64,000 nt of DNA from Azolla caroliniana (Eukaryota; Plantae; Polypodiophyta), in NCBI GenBank assembly GCA_043228905.1, contig JBHGNT010000016.1, positions 13,454,001 to 13,518,000 on the forward strand. The letters run 5' to 3'. The notes under the pieces were generated by a model, which worked only from the letters and a program-made list of their open reading frames with translations, had not been told where the DNA came from and ran no database searches. The translations under genes were made by a program, and so were the position numbers. Of this stretch, positions 1 to 12,700 are shown piece after piece (positions within the stretch are counted from its first letter, which is position 1; each line of letters starts with the position of its first letter).

Positions 1-382
1 TAGACTATATGCTTTCTCTATCATGTTTCTTCTAAAAGTGATCATGCTTTTTCTAACCTCATGCGTTTTTATCGACTATAGTGCTCATGCATGCTAAATG
101 TGCATGTGTTGCTTTTTTGAATCCTGCGTTTTTATTCTAACTAAAGCTTTTTCCTAGAAAATATGCGTGAAATAACCTTTCTATGTGGGATATCTGCTTT
201 TCTAATACTCATGATGTGTTAATGTAGTGGTTAAGACTTTAAAATATTAACATGGAGGTGCAAGGGTTGAATCTTGCCCTATCCATGTAACATGTATTCT
301 CATATTCTCTTCGTTTTCTTCATATTCATTAAATTGGGTACTTTATACGTTTTTCACGTAGTGTACGAAATACATTACAACA
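1..382 (-). repeat. LTR B' (5' part, runs off window) of the tRNA-Trp-primed Gypsy family, inserted in B's coding region
   Basis: Similar to 8500-8910 and ends ...TACAACA. The sequence from 383 matches family internal sequence at ~46050-46110 (reverse complement). Confidence 0.75.
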
Positions 383-1403
383 CCGTAACTCATCTTGTAC
401 CTTTCAAAATTCTTTCTTCATTACTCTGGCTACGACCGTGTATGTACATGCCCCATCCGAACCGATTTGTGCTTGTTTTGCTCTGAGAGTTTTCTTCCTG
501 TGTGGGGTATCAGGGTTTCTTCGACTATTACTTCCCCACTCCGTAACAGTCCACTTTAAAAATCCGTTTTTGTTTGGGACAAGAGCTCTCTCTTGTTCCT
601 TTCGTGATTTGATGGCACGGTTCAGAATTGGACGGTTTTCCCTCCGCTTTGGCTCCGAATTCGTGCAAAAGCCACTCCGCTATCTAGCACCTTTGTCTCC
701 TTCCGTGAAGGCATGATAAAGGGTGGTCCGAGGATCATGGAGTGTGAGACCTCATCTTACACGAAGAAATTTTGGTCAATCTCAACATCTCTGATCTTCA
801 CCGTCACATCCGGACAAGCCGTAAATAAATCTTCCGTTGTTTAAGTGGCTGCCCGGATCTTCCTTCCATGATTGGTGTTAATTGGCCACTTCCCCTTTCG
901 GTAGAACTCCTTGGACATCAAATTGATCTCCGATCCATGATAATAAATGTTAGTAGGTGTTAATAAATGTTAGTACGGGTTCTTTGATGTTTCCGATTCG
1001 GACCGGAATCTCCGTAGTTGCGCGTGCCCAGTGTGGCCTTGTGTAGTGGGAATTCGGAATTTCATCCTCCACTTCAGTGTCATTCATTAGAACGGTATTT
1101 GCATTCACCCTTGGAGCATTTTCCTCTTTATTTTGTCTTTTTCTCCTCAGAAGATCCACAAGAAGATCGTGGAACTCCTTCTTCACTATTCCAAGTAATT
1201 CCCAAAGCAAAAAATCTACCCGACTATCGAGGATTCTGTCCTCGAACACCTTTTTTTAAGTCCCTTCGTTGCTCGGTGTCCGATATGAGTTTGAATGCCG
1301 GAATTGTTTTTCCTTTCCCCTTCCCTTCGGAGTTCCACCTCTCCGGTGTCTTTGATGGTTTGGCCGCATCATCCGTGCGCTGTCGTTTCGCATCTACATA
1401 CAC

Positions 1404-1712
1404 TGTTGTAGACAGGGGCCGTCAATGCGGAAGATCAAGAAGCATTCGATTCTTGTTGAGAGTACCTACGTATGACTGTTTGCAAGATCGTGCACACAGA
1501 TAGAGAGAGAGAGAGAGAGACACACACACAAAAGAGTCTTTCTATTCAATAGAAGAAAAAAATACAACCAACCTTACAAAAAGGTTACAAGGTCACTATA
1601 TATAGTGACCGACTTAGGGCAACTCCCATTTATGCTAATTACACAAATGGCCCAAACTTGAGCTATACAAAGGGATAGTGTGAATACGTCCATTATACAC
1701 TTGTATTCGACA
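1404..1712 (-). repeat. 3' LTR of A (309 bp)
   Basis: Near-identical to 6628-6934; adjacent PPT (CGGGGGAG, 1713-1720, minus strand). Confidence 0.95.
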
Positions 1713-1905
1713 CTCCCCCGTAATGGGCGTATACATGGGTTATCTAAGAATACAGGTATAAAGCTAGGTTCTCGGACATATCAGTTTTGTTCGAGTCGGC
1801 AGGGTCCGAAGGCAGAAGACCGGACTGGTCGGGTCAGAAGAGTTGAAGCAGATCATTAAGGAACTGATGTCGGTTGTCCGAAACCATCCTGCGCTGTGTC
1901 CGGCT

Positions 1906-3786
1906 CTAACCGGACTGGTTTGTCGTTACGCCCATCTGATGCCGAAGGGACCGAAAGCGGTCTGCCGAAAGACACTTGGTCATTCCATCTACGACATTGT
2001 CGGTTGTGGATATTTTCTCCAGACCGATTTTCCCTGAAATGACGCAGTCCCGAACGAAGTGATATCGAACGTCGATATGTTTGGAGGCGTTGTGGTGAAC
2101 CGGATTTCTCGACAAGGCAACAACACCTTGATTGTCGCTATAGACAACTGGAGTCGAGTCGTGGTCGACTTGCCGAAACGTGTGCGCCAGCCGGCCGAGC
2201 CACAAAGCTTCTTTTGCAGCATCGGACGCAGCTACATATTCTGCTTCGGTCGTTGAGGTCGCTGTGCACTCCTGAAGTTTCGACTTCCACGCAATTGCTC
2301 CATTGCCGAATTTGAAGCAGTATCCGGTTGTTGATTTCCGACTGTCTATATAGCCGGCGAAGTCCGAGTCGGTGTAACCGACTACGCCTGAGGTTGAGTT
2401 CGGACCGAAAAGAATGCCGTGATCTTTTGTGCCAGCCAGATATTTGAACACATGCTTGACAACGTTCCAATGCGATCGGCCAGGATTGTGCATAAATCTG
2501 CTAACGACTCCTACGGCATGAGAGATATCAGGCCGTGTCGCGACCATCAGGTACATAAGGGAGCCGACTGCTGGTGCATACGGTACCGACTTCATATTTT
2601 CCCCCTCCGGACCGGATGTCGGGCAGTCTCGCTGAGAGAGCCGAAGATTCATGGGGAGCGGGGTTGAAGCAGATTTGGCTGATTGCATGTTGAAGCGTTC
2701 CAAGACACGTCCGATATAGTCGGTCTGAGACAAAAAAAGATGTCGTTGATCGCGATGCCGACTAATCTTCATGCCAAGTATGTGTCGTGCCGGACCGAGG
2801 TCCTTCATGGCAAACTTCAACCGCAGTTGCCGAATGAGATCGGCAAGTTCGCCCGCGTGGCGTCCAGAAATTAGCATGTCGTCCACGTAAATGATGAGGA
2901 AGATGGGTGATCCATCTTGAGCTGTGTTGGTAAAAAGACAATGGTCCTCATCGCTTTTTGAGAAGCCGATCGATTGGATGAAGTCGTCGAACTTCTTGTA
3001 CCATTGTCGCGGTGCCTGTTTGAGGCCGTATAGACTCTTCCTGAGTCGGCAGACTAGATGTTCTTGGCCAGTTGCCACGAAGCCTTTTGGCTGCTCCATA
3101 TAAATTTCCTCTTCAAGATCACCATGGAGGAAGGCTGTTTTGACATCTAGCTGAATCAGCTCCAAGTTGTCGGCTGCCACTACGCCGAGTAGAAAACGAA
3201 GGGTTGTCATTTTCACCACTGGTGAAAAAATCTCGTCGAAGTCGACGCCATATTCTTGTCGGAAGCCCTTCGCAACTAATCTGGCCTTGTACTTTGGGGT
3301 GGTCGAATCAGACGTCTCTTTTAGTCGATAAACCCACTTGCAAGGAAGAGCACGTCGGTTCCTAGGTAATTCGACCAGATCCCAAGTCTTGTTTGCCCGA
3401 ATGGAGTGCATTTCCGACTCCATCGCCAGATGCCAGGTGGCTGAATCGACAGATGTCGATGCTTCTTCGTAGGACGTCGGTTCGCCGGCGTCGGTGAAGA
3501 AAATTCCAGGAGAATACCTCTCCGGAGGTTGCGACAGTCTCTCGGATCGTCGAGGTATGATTGGACTGGTCGCATCGGGTATCGAGGTCGGATGGTCCGA
3601 AAACGAATCATTCGGCTGTGCCGAGTCAGAGTTGTCCGAGTCGGTAGTGTAAGGTTCAGCTACCCGTGAAGCTGACTGTGTGTTAAGAGCGGGGCCTTCT
3701 TGAAGGGTCGGCACATCGGAAAATGTTACCCTTCGGACTTCGATCGGTGTTTTGACTGATGGATTCATAGCCGACTCGTTGAACAC
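1906..3786 (-). CDS. Copia A pol C-terminal part: reverse transcriptase + RNase H
   Basis: YKARLVAKGF, QLDVKTAFLHG, YVDDML, YTDSDFAG, KHIDVRYHF. Confidence 0.93.
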   Translation of the reverse strand: MFNESAMNPSVKTPIEVRRVTFSDVPTLQEGPALNTQSASRVAEPYTTDSDNSDSAQPNDSFSDHPTSIPDATSPIIPRRSERLSQPPERYSPGIFFTDAGEPTSYEEASTSVDSATWHLAMESEMHSIRANKTWDLVELPRNRRALPCKWVYRLKETSDSTTPKYKARLVAKGFRQEYGVDFDEIFSPVVKMTTLRFLLGVVAADNLELIQLDVKTAFLHGDLEEEIYMEQPKGFVATGQEHLVCRLRKSLYGLKQAPRQWYKKFDDFIQSIGFSKSDEDHCLFTNTAQDGSPIFLIIYVDDMLISGRHAGELADLIRQLRLKFAMKDLGPARHILGMKISRHRDQRHLFLSQTDYIGRVLERFNMQSAKSASTPLPMNLRLSQRDCPTSGPEGENMKSVPYAPAVGSLMYLMVATRPDISHAVGVVSRFMHNPGRSHWNVVKHVFKYLAGTKDHGILFGPNSTSGVVGYTDSDFAGYIDSRKSTTGYCFKFGNGAIAWKSKLQECTATSTTEAEYVAASDAAKEALWLGRLAHTFRQVDHDSTPVVYSDNQGVVALSRNPVHHNASKHIDVRYHFVRDCVISGKIGLEKISTTDNVVDGMTKCLSADRFRSLRHQMGVTTNQSG

Positions 3787-3831
3787 AACGTCCGAACTTC
3801 GAACGATTTGTCTGCGTTCGGGGTCCCAGAG

Positions 3832-5463
3832 TCAGTATCCCATTTCGCCGTCGGATCCATATCCAAGGAAAATGCATTTCCTGGACCGAGGTGCAACTTT
3901 TCGGCGATCATCTTTCGGAATAAGGGCGTACGCCTCGCATCCGAAGATCCTCAGCTTGTCGTAATTCGGCTTACTGCCGATCCATAGTTCCTGAGGAATT
4001 TGAAGTCCTAGAGGTCTACTTGGCGACATATTGATTATGTGTACTGCCGTGAGTAGAGCCTCTGCCCAGAAGCCATCCGATAGTCCGGAGTGTTGGAGCA
4101 TGGAAACTATCCGTTCTTGGATTGTCCAATTCATTCGTTCTGCAATCCCGTTTTGCTCCGGACTGTGTGGTGCCGTAAATTCACGTCGGATGCCGCGTTG
4201 TCGGCAGAATTTGACGAATTCTTCGGATTTGAACTCTCCCCCATTGTCTGTCCGAAAGCATTTCAGTTTTCGGTCGGTTTGATTTTCTACCATAGCGAGC
4301 CAATCGGAGAAGATCGAGAAGACACGATCTTTGGTGCGAATTGGATAAGCCCACACCTTTCGAGTCGAATCGTCAATAAAACTGACGAAGTAAGAGGCAC
4401 CGCCGAGAGACTGATGCGGCATTGGGCCACAGACGTCCGAGTGGACTAAATCGAGAGGTCTCGTTTCTCGTGGTGCTGATGTCGGGTGTGATGCGGCTGC
4501 TTGTTTGCCGTACTGGCAATGTTCGCAGAATTGATGGTCGGAGAAGGAGAGTTTAGGGATGTATCCGGCTCTAGATAGGTGCGTGATGCCGGCCTTGCTG
4601 AGGTGTCCTAATCTTCTGTGCCATAGTGATGACACAGGAATATCCACCAAAAACAGGTTACCCTCTCTGAGCGTAACATGTAACGGATACAGTGAGTGTA
4701 TCTTGGGTCCTCTAGCAAGCAGGAGGTTCCCCCTGTGGAGTGTCCACCCTCCCGAAGAGAAACCGGCACGAATGCCGTCTTCATCTAATTGTCCGACTGA
4801 GATCAATGGTCTTGAGAGCTCGGGTACATGTCGGACATTGTGAAGTACAAGTGTAGAGCCACCTGCAAGGTTGAGCTCTACTGTGCCGATTCCAATGATG
4901 TCACAGTGTTGCGAGTTACCGACTCGAACTGAGTCGGAGTGACGGATCGTATATTGCCGAAATTGGGATCGATGAGGAGTCACGTGAAATGACGCGCCCG
5001 AATCTAAGAGCCATGTGCTCGATTCTTCAGTCGTGAGCAGAACTTCTGATCCGACTGGATTTTCGATTGATAGTATATTCGGGTCGTTTGGTAGTACATC
5101 AGCTGAGAAGCTGACGTAATTGATCTCCTCATGCCGGCCACTCTTCTTGTCTGATCTCTGAGACTTGTCGTTCTTGTTCTTGAGTGCGCGGCAGTCGGCT
5201 TTGATGTGTCCGGGTTTCTTGCAATAGTTGCAGATTCGATTATCCCGTGACTGGCTCCGTCTTCGCTGATTGTTCGGCGGCCCTGAGGAATCTCTTCCTC
5301 GTATGTTCGATCGGTCTGTCGAACCTTGTACTACGTAAGCGTCGTCTGTTGAGTCTTTGGCGAAAGACTTTCTCCGAGCTGCTTCGGTCAGGATTGCGCT
5401 CGTGACTTCGGAGTATTTAACACGGTTGACGCGTTGCACACGGTTGTGACGAAAGTTTCCCAT
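3832..5463 (-). CDS. Copia A zinc knuckle, protease and integrase; ends at an in-frame TGA (likely CGA>TGA)
   Basis: CNYCKKPGHIKADC, WLLDSGAS, WHRRLGH..CEHC, FIDDSTR, TDNGGEF, NGIAER. Same frame as 1906-3786. Confidence 0.92.
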   Translation of the reverse strand: MGNFRHNRVQRVNRVKYSEVTSAILTEAARRKSFAKDSTDDAYVVQGSTDRSNIRGRDSSGPPNNQRRRSQSRDNRICNYCKKPGHIKADCRALKNKNDKSQRSDKKSGRHEEINYVSFSADVLPNDPNILSIENPVGSEVLLTTEESSTWLLDSGASFHVTPHRSQFRQYTIRHSDSVRVGNSQHCDIIGIGTVELNLAGGSTLVLHNVRHVPELSRPLISVGQLDEDGIRAGFSSGGWTLHRGNLLLARGPKIHSLYPLHVTLREGNLFLVDIPVSSLWHRRLGHLSKAGITHLSRAGYIPKLSFSDHQFCEHCQYGKQAAASHPTSAPRETRPLDLVHSDVCGPMPHQSLGGASYFVSFIDDSTRKVWAYPIRTKDRVFSIFSDWLAMVENQTDRKLKCFRTDNGGEFKSEEFVKFCRQRGIRREFTAPHSPEQNGIAERMNWTIQERIVSMLQHSGLSDGFWAEALLTAVHIINMSPSRPLGLQIPQELWIGSKPNYDKLRIFGCEAYALIPKDDRRKVAPRSRKCIFLGYGSDGEMGY

Positions 5464-5936
5464 GATGAGGGAAGGCTGCTCATGAGTATCATTGCTCTGA
5501 GTTCATCCTCGATTGCCGTCCCCTGAGATGAGATTTGGGAGCTTATGCTTTCGTACTCATTGAGATGTGCTTGAACCGAATCGGATTCTTTCATCCGCAA
5601 GTTGTAGAGGCGCCGGATCAGAAACATCTTCGTTGCAGCGACCTTCTTTTCGTAGGTGTCCGACAGTGTTTTCCACAGTTCGAATGCTGTCGTACACGAT
5701 TGCACCGTAAAGTATACCGATTCCGATAGGTGCATCCGAATCGTGGCGCGGACGATTCTGTCCAGCTTCTGCCACTCAATTGGTTTGTATCCTTCTGGAG
5801 GTTCTTCATTTTCGATGGGATCGATTTGCCCCTTGACTATGAGATAGTCCTGCATTTGCTCCTTCCAGAAGTTGAAGTTCGATCCATCGAACTTTCGTAG
5901 ACTCATTTCTGACGAGCCGGATGTTGATGCCATCAA
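5388..5936 (-). CDS. Copia A gag N-terminal part (frameshift near 5420)
   Basis: KFDGSNFNFWK..., LMSSLPSSWETF. Confidence 0.9.
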   Translation of the reverse strand: MMASTSGSSEMSLRKFDGSNFNFWKEQMQDYLIVKGQIDPIENEEPPEGYKPIEWQKLDRIVRATIRMHLSESVYFTVQSCTTAFELWKTLSDTYEKKVAATKMFLIRRLYNLRMKESDSVQAHLNEYESISSQISSQGTAIEDELRAMILMSSLPSSWETFVTTVCNASTVLNTPKSRAQS

Positions 5937-6613
5937 ATTCGGTTTCGGTTGACGAAGCTCGGTTCGGAGTTGACTACGAACCTTGTTGGAGTGCAGCCGG
6001 TTGGCTCACCCGATATCGTTCTAGTCGGATTTGAACCCGAGTCGGTTCGGCTTCGGATATATGTATTGTTGAACTTGCTCGAATTGACTCCGGTAACTTG
6101 AGGGACAGAACCGACTGGTCTTCCCGAATGTTGCCAAGTCGGAGTGAGCCCGGTTCGCTTCCGAATATTTATGCCAAATACCGATTATTGAATCCGATTG
6201 TCTGGACCGATTCTGCTTCGGGTGACTGCAGCGATGAGAGAGACGGATCCAACTGATCCTCTCGAATGTCGATCAGCCGGATGAAGCACGAATTAGGGTT
6301 GTTGTCTTGAGACCGATCTGCACCGAGTGGTTACAATGAGCGGCGAGCAGCGTTTGATGACCTCTTCGGATGCCGTTTAACCGAGTGGAGCACGATCGTG
6401 TCAATGTTGCACAAGGGGATTTCACCTCGAGTGGTTACGATCACAAGGAACAGAGTACAACCGGCTGGCTTACTCCAGGCGAAGATGATCTAACGCGATG
6501 AGGTGCAAGCCTCGTTTTTCTTCTTCTCTCTTCTTCGAATGACGCAGGAAACCGAATGCTGTGCAGGCTGAGACGACGGCCGACAGCGGGTTGAGGAACC
6601 GAATACTGTGCAA

Positions 6614-6625
6614 GCTCTGATACCA
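6614..6625 (-). promoter_or_regulatory. PBS of A (tRNA-iMet)
   Basis: TGGTATCAGAGC, 2 nt from the LTR. Confidence 0.95.
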
Positions 6626-6627
6626 GA

Positions 6628-6934
6628 TGTTGTAGACAGGGGCCGTCAATGCGGAAGATCAAGAAGCATTCGATTCTTGTTGAGAGTACCTGCGTATGAC
6701 TGTTTGCAAGATCGTGCACACAGATAGAGAGAGAGAGAGAGACACACACACAAAAGAGTCTTTCTATTCAATAGAAGAAAAAAATACAACCAACCTTACA
6801 AAAAGGTTACAAGGTCACTATATATAGTGACCGACTTAGGGCAACTCCCATTTATGCTAATTACACAAATGGCCCAAACTTGAGCTATACAAAGGGATAG
6901 TGTGAATACGTCCATTATACACTTGTATTCGACA
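6628..6934 (-). repeat. 5' LTR of A (307 bp)
   Basis: Differs from the 3' LTR by one substitution and one AG unit (by eye). Confidence 0.95.
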
Positions 6935-8172
6935 TACACCTCATGTAATTTGCATAGGGCATATACACTATTCTTATCGATGCGGCACTCCCATCCCGTA
7001 GCTTCTCGGATGCCTTCCATGGTGCTTCGGATCTCATTAGAGTCAGCTTTCTAGGGGTTTTCTTGCACTTCTGGCCAAAAGGACGCTCTTGCTCCAGATG
7101 ACTCACCCACACATATCCCCGCAGTTGTTGCATAATTGCTTTTCACTGCTATTTCCTCCTCTAGGAGCTTCTTCATGCCGCCTTTTCGGAAGTTCGGTCG
7201 GACTGGCTTCCAAGAGTCCATCGAATGAATCTAATTTCCCTCGTAGTAGATAAGGTCCCGTCGTAGTGCCTCCTTGTGCTCGTCGCAATCCCTTCGATCA
7301 TGTTTGGTGCTATCACACCATATGCATCGACGGTCCATATACTTGGAACTTGTGGGACGGTCATTTGACTTCTTCACCATCACGATTTTTAGATTCTCCA
7401 TATCCTTCAGCAACTGCTCCACCGTGCTTGCATCGATTCCCTTCTCGGTCGTAGTCTCCCAAGCCCACGGTTGATGGTCTTCAAATCTGGATCTTGGTTT
7501 CAGAATTGGTTCCGAAACCCTCTTTTCATCACTACCAAGCCATTTCCCCCTCTTTGTGTATCGTACGATGATATCCCGCGCGTTTTCCCATTTCTTGGTG
7601 AGGCCACTCTCAGTAGTGGTGTCCTTAGAAGCATTCTAAGATCTTTCCAGTCCCGCACATCCATGGCTTGTAAGAACATGATCACTTTGTTCGGTGGGAG
7701 GATAACTTGATCTCTTGTGGACAACCTCCTGAACCGACTTTAAAATGCCAAAAACACATCGAGGACCTTCAGCCCCTTGTCTAGCGTTTCCACCCAATCT
7801 TCGAATACCCTCCGTGTTGCCTTGGAGGAGTCCCCGATGGCAAACGTGGTCTTTAGCGCTTCTTCAAATGTTTCCCACGTCGGAATTTGTTGTCATATCC
7901 CGTGGATACTCCCTTGAAGCCCTTCCATAGCCACCCTACTGAAGGATATCACCTACAATCCTTCCGATATTCCACAATGTAGCATTTCCACCTTGTAATC
8001 CCGCAAATATCGCGACACGTCCTTCCCGTTGAATTGCCCGCTCCGTTGCATGAGCCGCTCTACTTCCACCGCAATCTCCGATATCGCGTGTTGTTCTTGT
8101 ACCATCCTCTCGAACATCGCCATCATGTTGTTAGTTTCCGGTTGTTGATTCTCCATCTCCTTGCCACCTGTC

Positions 8173-8190
8173 TTCACGTCGGGTTCACCA
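8173..8190 (-). promoter_or_regulatory. PBS of B (tRNA-Trp)
   Basis: TGGTGAACCCGACGTGAA is complementary to the plant tRNA-Trp 3' end TTCACGTCGGGTTCACCA; 4 nt from the LTR. Confidence 0.85.
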
Positions 8191-8194
8191 CTTG

Positions 8195-8910
8195 TGTCGG
8201 GCCTTTTGCTCCGGATCGTTGCGTGAGTCGGGTGGGAACTGCTGAGGTTTTGGACTAGGAGAAAGAAGAATATGGGATAAGGTTTGTTACGATTAGGTTG
8301 CAAGATGAAGTTATGAAACTTGTGAATCCCAAGAGTATATTGTATTAATTGATACTTAGATTGTAAGAGAGACATAGATGGCAAAATCGTGAATCCCACA
8401 AATAGTTTATATTAATCAACCCTTACGAAAAATCAACAACAACCATATACATCTTTTCTCTCATCTTTATATAGTGATGGAAGAGGCTAATCATAGCATC
8501 ATGCTTTTTCCTAAAGTGTTCTTACACACTAGATGTGCCTGAGTTGCCTTCTTCAACCATACTTTTATATTTCCTAAATATAGTGCTCATGCACACTAGA
8601 TGTGCATGAGTAATTGGCTTGCATTTTTCTTCCAAATGAAGTTTTCACGCACTCTAGAAGTGCCTGATTTACTTTTTAGTAGAAATAGGCGTAAATATAA
8701 CTCTTATACCTATTAAATCTAGAACTAAATTACTTGTGATAAGTTAGTACAATGGTAAAGTTTGGGTTTGTTTACATAGAGGTATAGGGTTCAAATCTTG
8801 CCCTATGCATGTAACAATAATTTTAATATTTTCTTTTATTTATTTATGCGTACTTAAATTGGATATATTTGTTTACATATTTCACGTAGTGTGCGAATTA
8901 CACTACAACA
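8195..8910 (-). repeat. 5' LTR of B
   Basis: TGTTGT...CCGACA on the minus strand, followed by the PBS; similar to 1-382. Confidence 0.8.
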
Positions 8911-9098
8911 CCGTATGGATGTACGGGAGGGTTAACAATATAATGTATAAGGCGTGTAATTTGTATAAACATGAAATGTGTACTATGTGAGTGTGAGGAA
9001 GAGTGTGTACACGTGCACATTTCGCTTTTTGTGTGCATGTACAAATATAAGAGAATGGGGTAAGTAGGTCTAACTACCCCCATTTGGCATTTTGTATT

Positions 9099-9734
9099 TG
9101 TTAGAAAGATTGAGAATCGATTAGATAGGTATATAGAGTTACAATTACAAAGATGGGTATATGAAAACAAAACTTCTATTACATATAAGAGTAGCTCACA
9201 ATGGTAGTTTACCCATGCGCTCACACCTCAAAGCTTAGATAGGATATGGACCAACTCACTACAAAATTAGTGGGGACTGATGATCAATCCAACCACTCTG
9301 TAAGAAAGTAGATTATATTCTATGTTTGGTCTGAGTATAACATTAAATGTGCAAGTTAGTTTATAGTAGTGGAGATATTCCGTTTCTGTCAACTGACTTG
9401 TCATTTAATATGACCCAATTCCCTAGATATAGGCCAGTGCTGGATAGTACTTATCTTGAAGTCAATGGCCCATACTTCAAGACTAAGTACATCGTAACTT
9501 GCCCACAAAATATTCTAGTTGACTTGATTAGCCAATCCTATTACCTATTTCGCTCTTTCCTAAATACATTGTGTCCTACACATCTAGGGTTTCCTAGATT
9601 AAAACCTTATCAACCCATATGGTCGAGTTGCACACTAGCCACTCCTCATTTGGGGCGCTATCACAAAATGTGCACTCTAAGAGCACATGGGGATAGATTT
9701 ACAACTTCAGGCTGATCATTGATTATATCTAACA
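9099..9734 (-). repeat. 3' LTR of C
   Basis: TGTTAG..CTAACA termini; direct repeat of 13896-14536. Confidence 0.93.
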
Positions 9735-9788
9735 CGCCTCCTCAATGATCGACCCATTGAGTTCACTTGGTATTGGGTCAACTTCTAG

Positions 9789-12700
9789 TCATTGAAAGTG
9801 TTGTTGTAGTTGTTCTACTCCAAGCGCCTTTGTGAAGATATCCGCAACATTTTCTGATGTTGGACAATACTCAAGCTCCACAATCTCATCATTTATTAGA
9901 TCCTGCACATAGTGATATTGAATCTCCATGTGTTTAGTATATGCATGAAATATGGGGTTCTTGGCAATGGCCATGCAAGTCTGATTGTCACACCTCATTA
10001 CCGTTGTTGTCCTTATTGGAACTGCCACATCCATAAGGATTCTTCTTAGCCAAACTACCTCGCATGCCGTTATGCATGCTACTTTGTATTCTGCCTCCAT
10101 TGAAGATAGTGCCACTATTGGTTGTTTTTTACTACTCGATGAAACAACTCCAGAGCCTATTGAAAAAAATATCTAGAAACTGATTTCTGGAATCACTATC
10201 TCCAGCCTACTCAGAGTCGCAATACCCACTATGTTCGTCAATTGTTGGCTTGTAGAAGATTCTATAATTTAAAGTACCCACAATGTACTTTAATACACGT
10301 AGTGCAGCTTTCCAATGAGTCTCCTTCAGTTTGTTTCTGAATCGACTCACCACATTGACTGCAAAACAGATATCCGACCTAGTGTTGCATAGGAAAATTA
10401 AACTTCCTACTAGCTATCTATACTTCCTTATGTCAACCATTGGTGATGGGTCTTCTTGGGATAGCTTGCAGTTGGACTCCATTGGAGTCGACTTCAACTT
10501 GCTGTCCATCATTCCAAAGGTCTTCAAGATCTCTGTTGCATACTTTCTTTGTGACATGAAGATGCCAACCGAGGTTTGCCAAACCTCAATTCCAAGGAAG
10601 TTGTGTAGAATCCCCAAGTCTATCATTTCAAACTCAGTTTTCAAACACTCTTGTGTTAGGCCAATACACTCTTCCTGGTCACCAGTAAGTACTAGATCAT
10701 CCACGTAAATGATGATGATGACTTGTTTCCTGTCCTTCATTTTGACATACATACTTGCAGCCAAAGCACATCGCTTAAAGTTGATTGGACGTAAGAAGCT
10801 GTCTATCCTCTTGTTCCAAGCTCTTGGTGCTTGCTTTAGACCATACAACGCCTTCTTCAGCTTGCAGACTTTGTTTTCTGAATTCGGCATCTGAAACCCT
10901 GGTGGTTGTATGACGTATACCTCCTCCTTGAGATGCCCATTCAGAAATACCGATTTTACCTCCATTTGATAAATCGTCCATCCTCTTGAAGCAGCCAATG
11001 CTATGACCATTCGAATTGCTATCATGCGAGCTGTCAGGGAAAATGTTTCTTGTACATTGAACCCTTCAATTTGGGAGTATCCTTGTGCCACTAGCCTGGC
11101 CTTGAGTTTCTTCAAAGAACCATTAGCTTTATACTTTACTTTCCACACCCACTTGGTGCCTATCACCTTCCTCTTTGTTGGCCTCTCTACCAACTCCCAT
11201 GTGTCATTTTTCATGATGCTATCATATTCTGATATCATCGCCTCTTTCCACTTTGGGTCGGCCATGGCTTCCTCCACCGAGGTCAGCTCACTCATTGAGC
11301 CTATGATGTTCACCATTAGAGACATGTTGACAATGTGGTCAGAGGTTCTCCCTTGCTCCTGTATTCTTCTTGAACTTCGTAATCCATCAATTGAAGATTC
11401 AGGAAACTCAACTTTAGGAGTACGTTCATTGAAGAGTTGTACAACCCACTTAGGTATTTTCTTTACATGTGGAATTGGCATAAGCTGAACTAGCGAGCCA
11501 TTACCATCAGATGGTTCAGCTTCCTTTTTTGGACAGTGGGTCGGGATTGGGTGGAATACTTCCTCGATTGATGAGGCAACTTGAGAATTGTTGTTCTCAG
11601 CTAGCTGTGGTCATTCCTCATCGACACCACATCGCGGCTTGTCAATATCTTTCTTGCCTTTGGATCGTAGAGTCGATAGGCCTTTGACTCTTCACTATAT
11701 CCGAGAAAGATACACCTCTTGGTTTTAGCATCCAACTTCTTTCTGCTCACATCTGGAACATGTGCGTAGCACGTACACCCAAAGGTTCTGAAAGTGTAGC
11801 ACTAAAGGTTTCTTGCCTGAATAAGCTTCTTGGGGTTTTTTCCCTTGAAGTGCCTTCGTGTAGCTCCAATTGAGGATGTAAACTGTTGTATTCACTACTT
11901 TAGCCCAGAATGGGTCAGGCAACGCTAACTCGACAATTGTTCAGTTTCGACGTTCAAAAACACCATTTTGTTGTGGGGTGTAGGCAGTTGTAAGTTGGCG
12001 CTTAATTCTATGCTCTTTGTAGTACTCACAAAATTCTATTGATAGGAATTCTTCACCTCGATGAGAGTGTAACTCCTTCACTAACTTTCCGGACTCTCGC
12101 TTGAAAAACTTATGCCATCTTTTGAAGATTTTAAAAGCTTCATCCTTCTCCCGAAGGAAGTAAACCCACATCTTTCTACTAAAGTCGTCGACTAGTAGCA
12201 TATAGTATAGACATCCACCCATTGCAGGAGCCACCATTTTTCTAGAGAGGTCGATGTGTATTAGTTGTAGAGGAGTCTTTGTCCGATTTTGACTCTCTTT
12301 TAGAATGGCTAATCTTTGATGCTTGCCCATCATACAAGCACCACAAACATGACTTAAGTCAAATAGGGTTGGCAACCCAACTACCATATTCGACTTCTTC
12401 ATCTCCTTCAACAGAGCAACATTGAGATGTCCAAATCTCGCATGCCATTACTTTGTGTTAGTACTTGTGTTGTGGTTCGTAGAAATCGTAAACGCGTTGA
12501 GCTCATAGAGATTGTTGCGCCTCACCCCTATTCCTACAACCTTGCCAATAGAATCTGTTATTTTTGCACCTGACTTCTTGAATTGAACATTAAGGCCCTT
12601 GTTGGTCAGTGCAGAAATGGACAATAGATTCTTCTTGAGATCTGGCACATACAACACTTGAGAGAGATGCTTTGTCCTACTGGTCGTTGCTTTGAGGGAG

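Larger units (their letters stand above)
1404..6934 (-). mobile_element. Ty1/Copia element A, full length, recent
   Basis: TG..CA LTRs, 5-bp TSD TACAC (1399-1403, 6935-6939), PBS, PPT, gag-PR-INT-RT-RH order. Confidence 0.97.
383..8156 (-). pseudogene. gag-protease region of B (frameshifted; 1404-6934 is an insertion)
   Basis: ORF pieces 7953-8156, 7500-7724, 7231-7422 and 950-1249 are homologous to ORFs at 44430-46096. Confidence 0.75.
383..8910 (-). mobile_element. Ty3/Gypsy element B (degenerate), interrupted by Copia A and cut by LTR B'
   Basis: 5' LTR 8195-8910, PBS, gag-like (RSGQFNGKDVSRYL, CIWCDSTKHDRRDC) and protease-region remnants. Colinear with 44412-46110. Confidence 0.85.

Noticed and set aside
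5400-5440. Programmed frameshift within Copia A gag
   Set aside because: It is mid-gag with no clear slippery site; plant Copia normally use one ORF, so a simple indel is more likely
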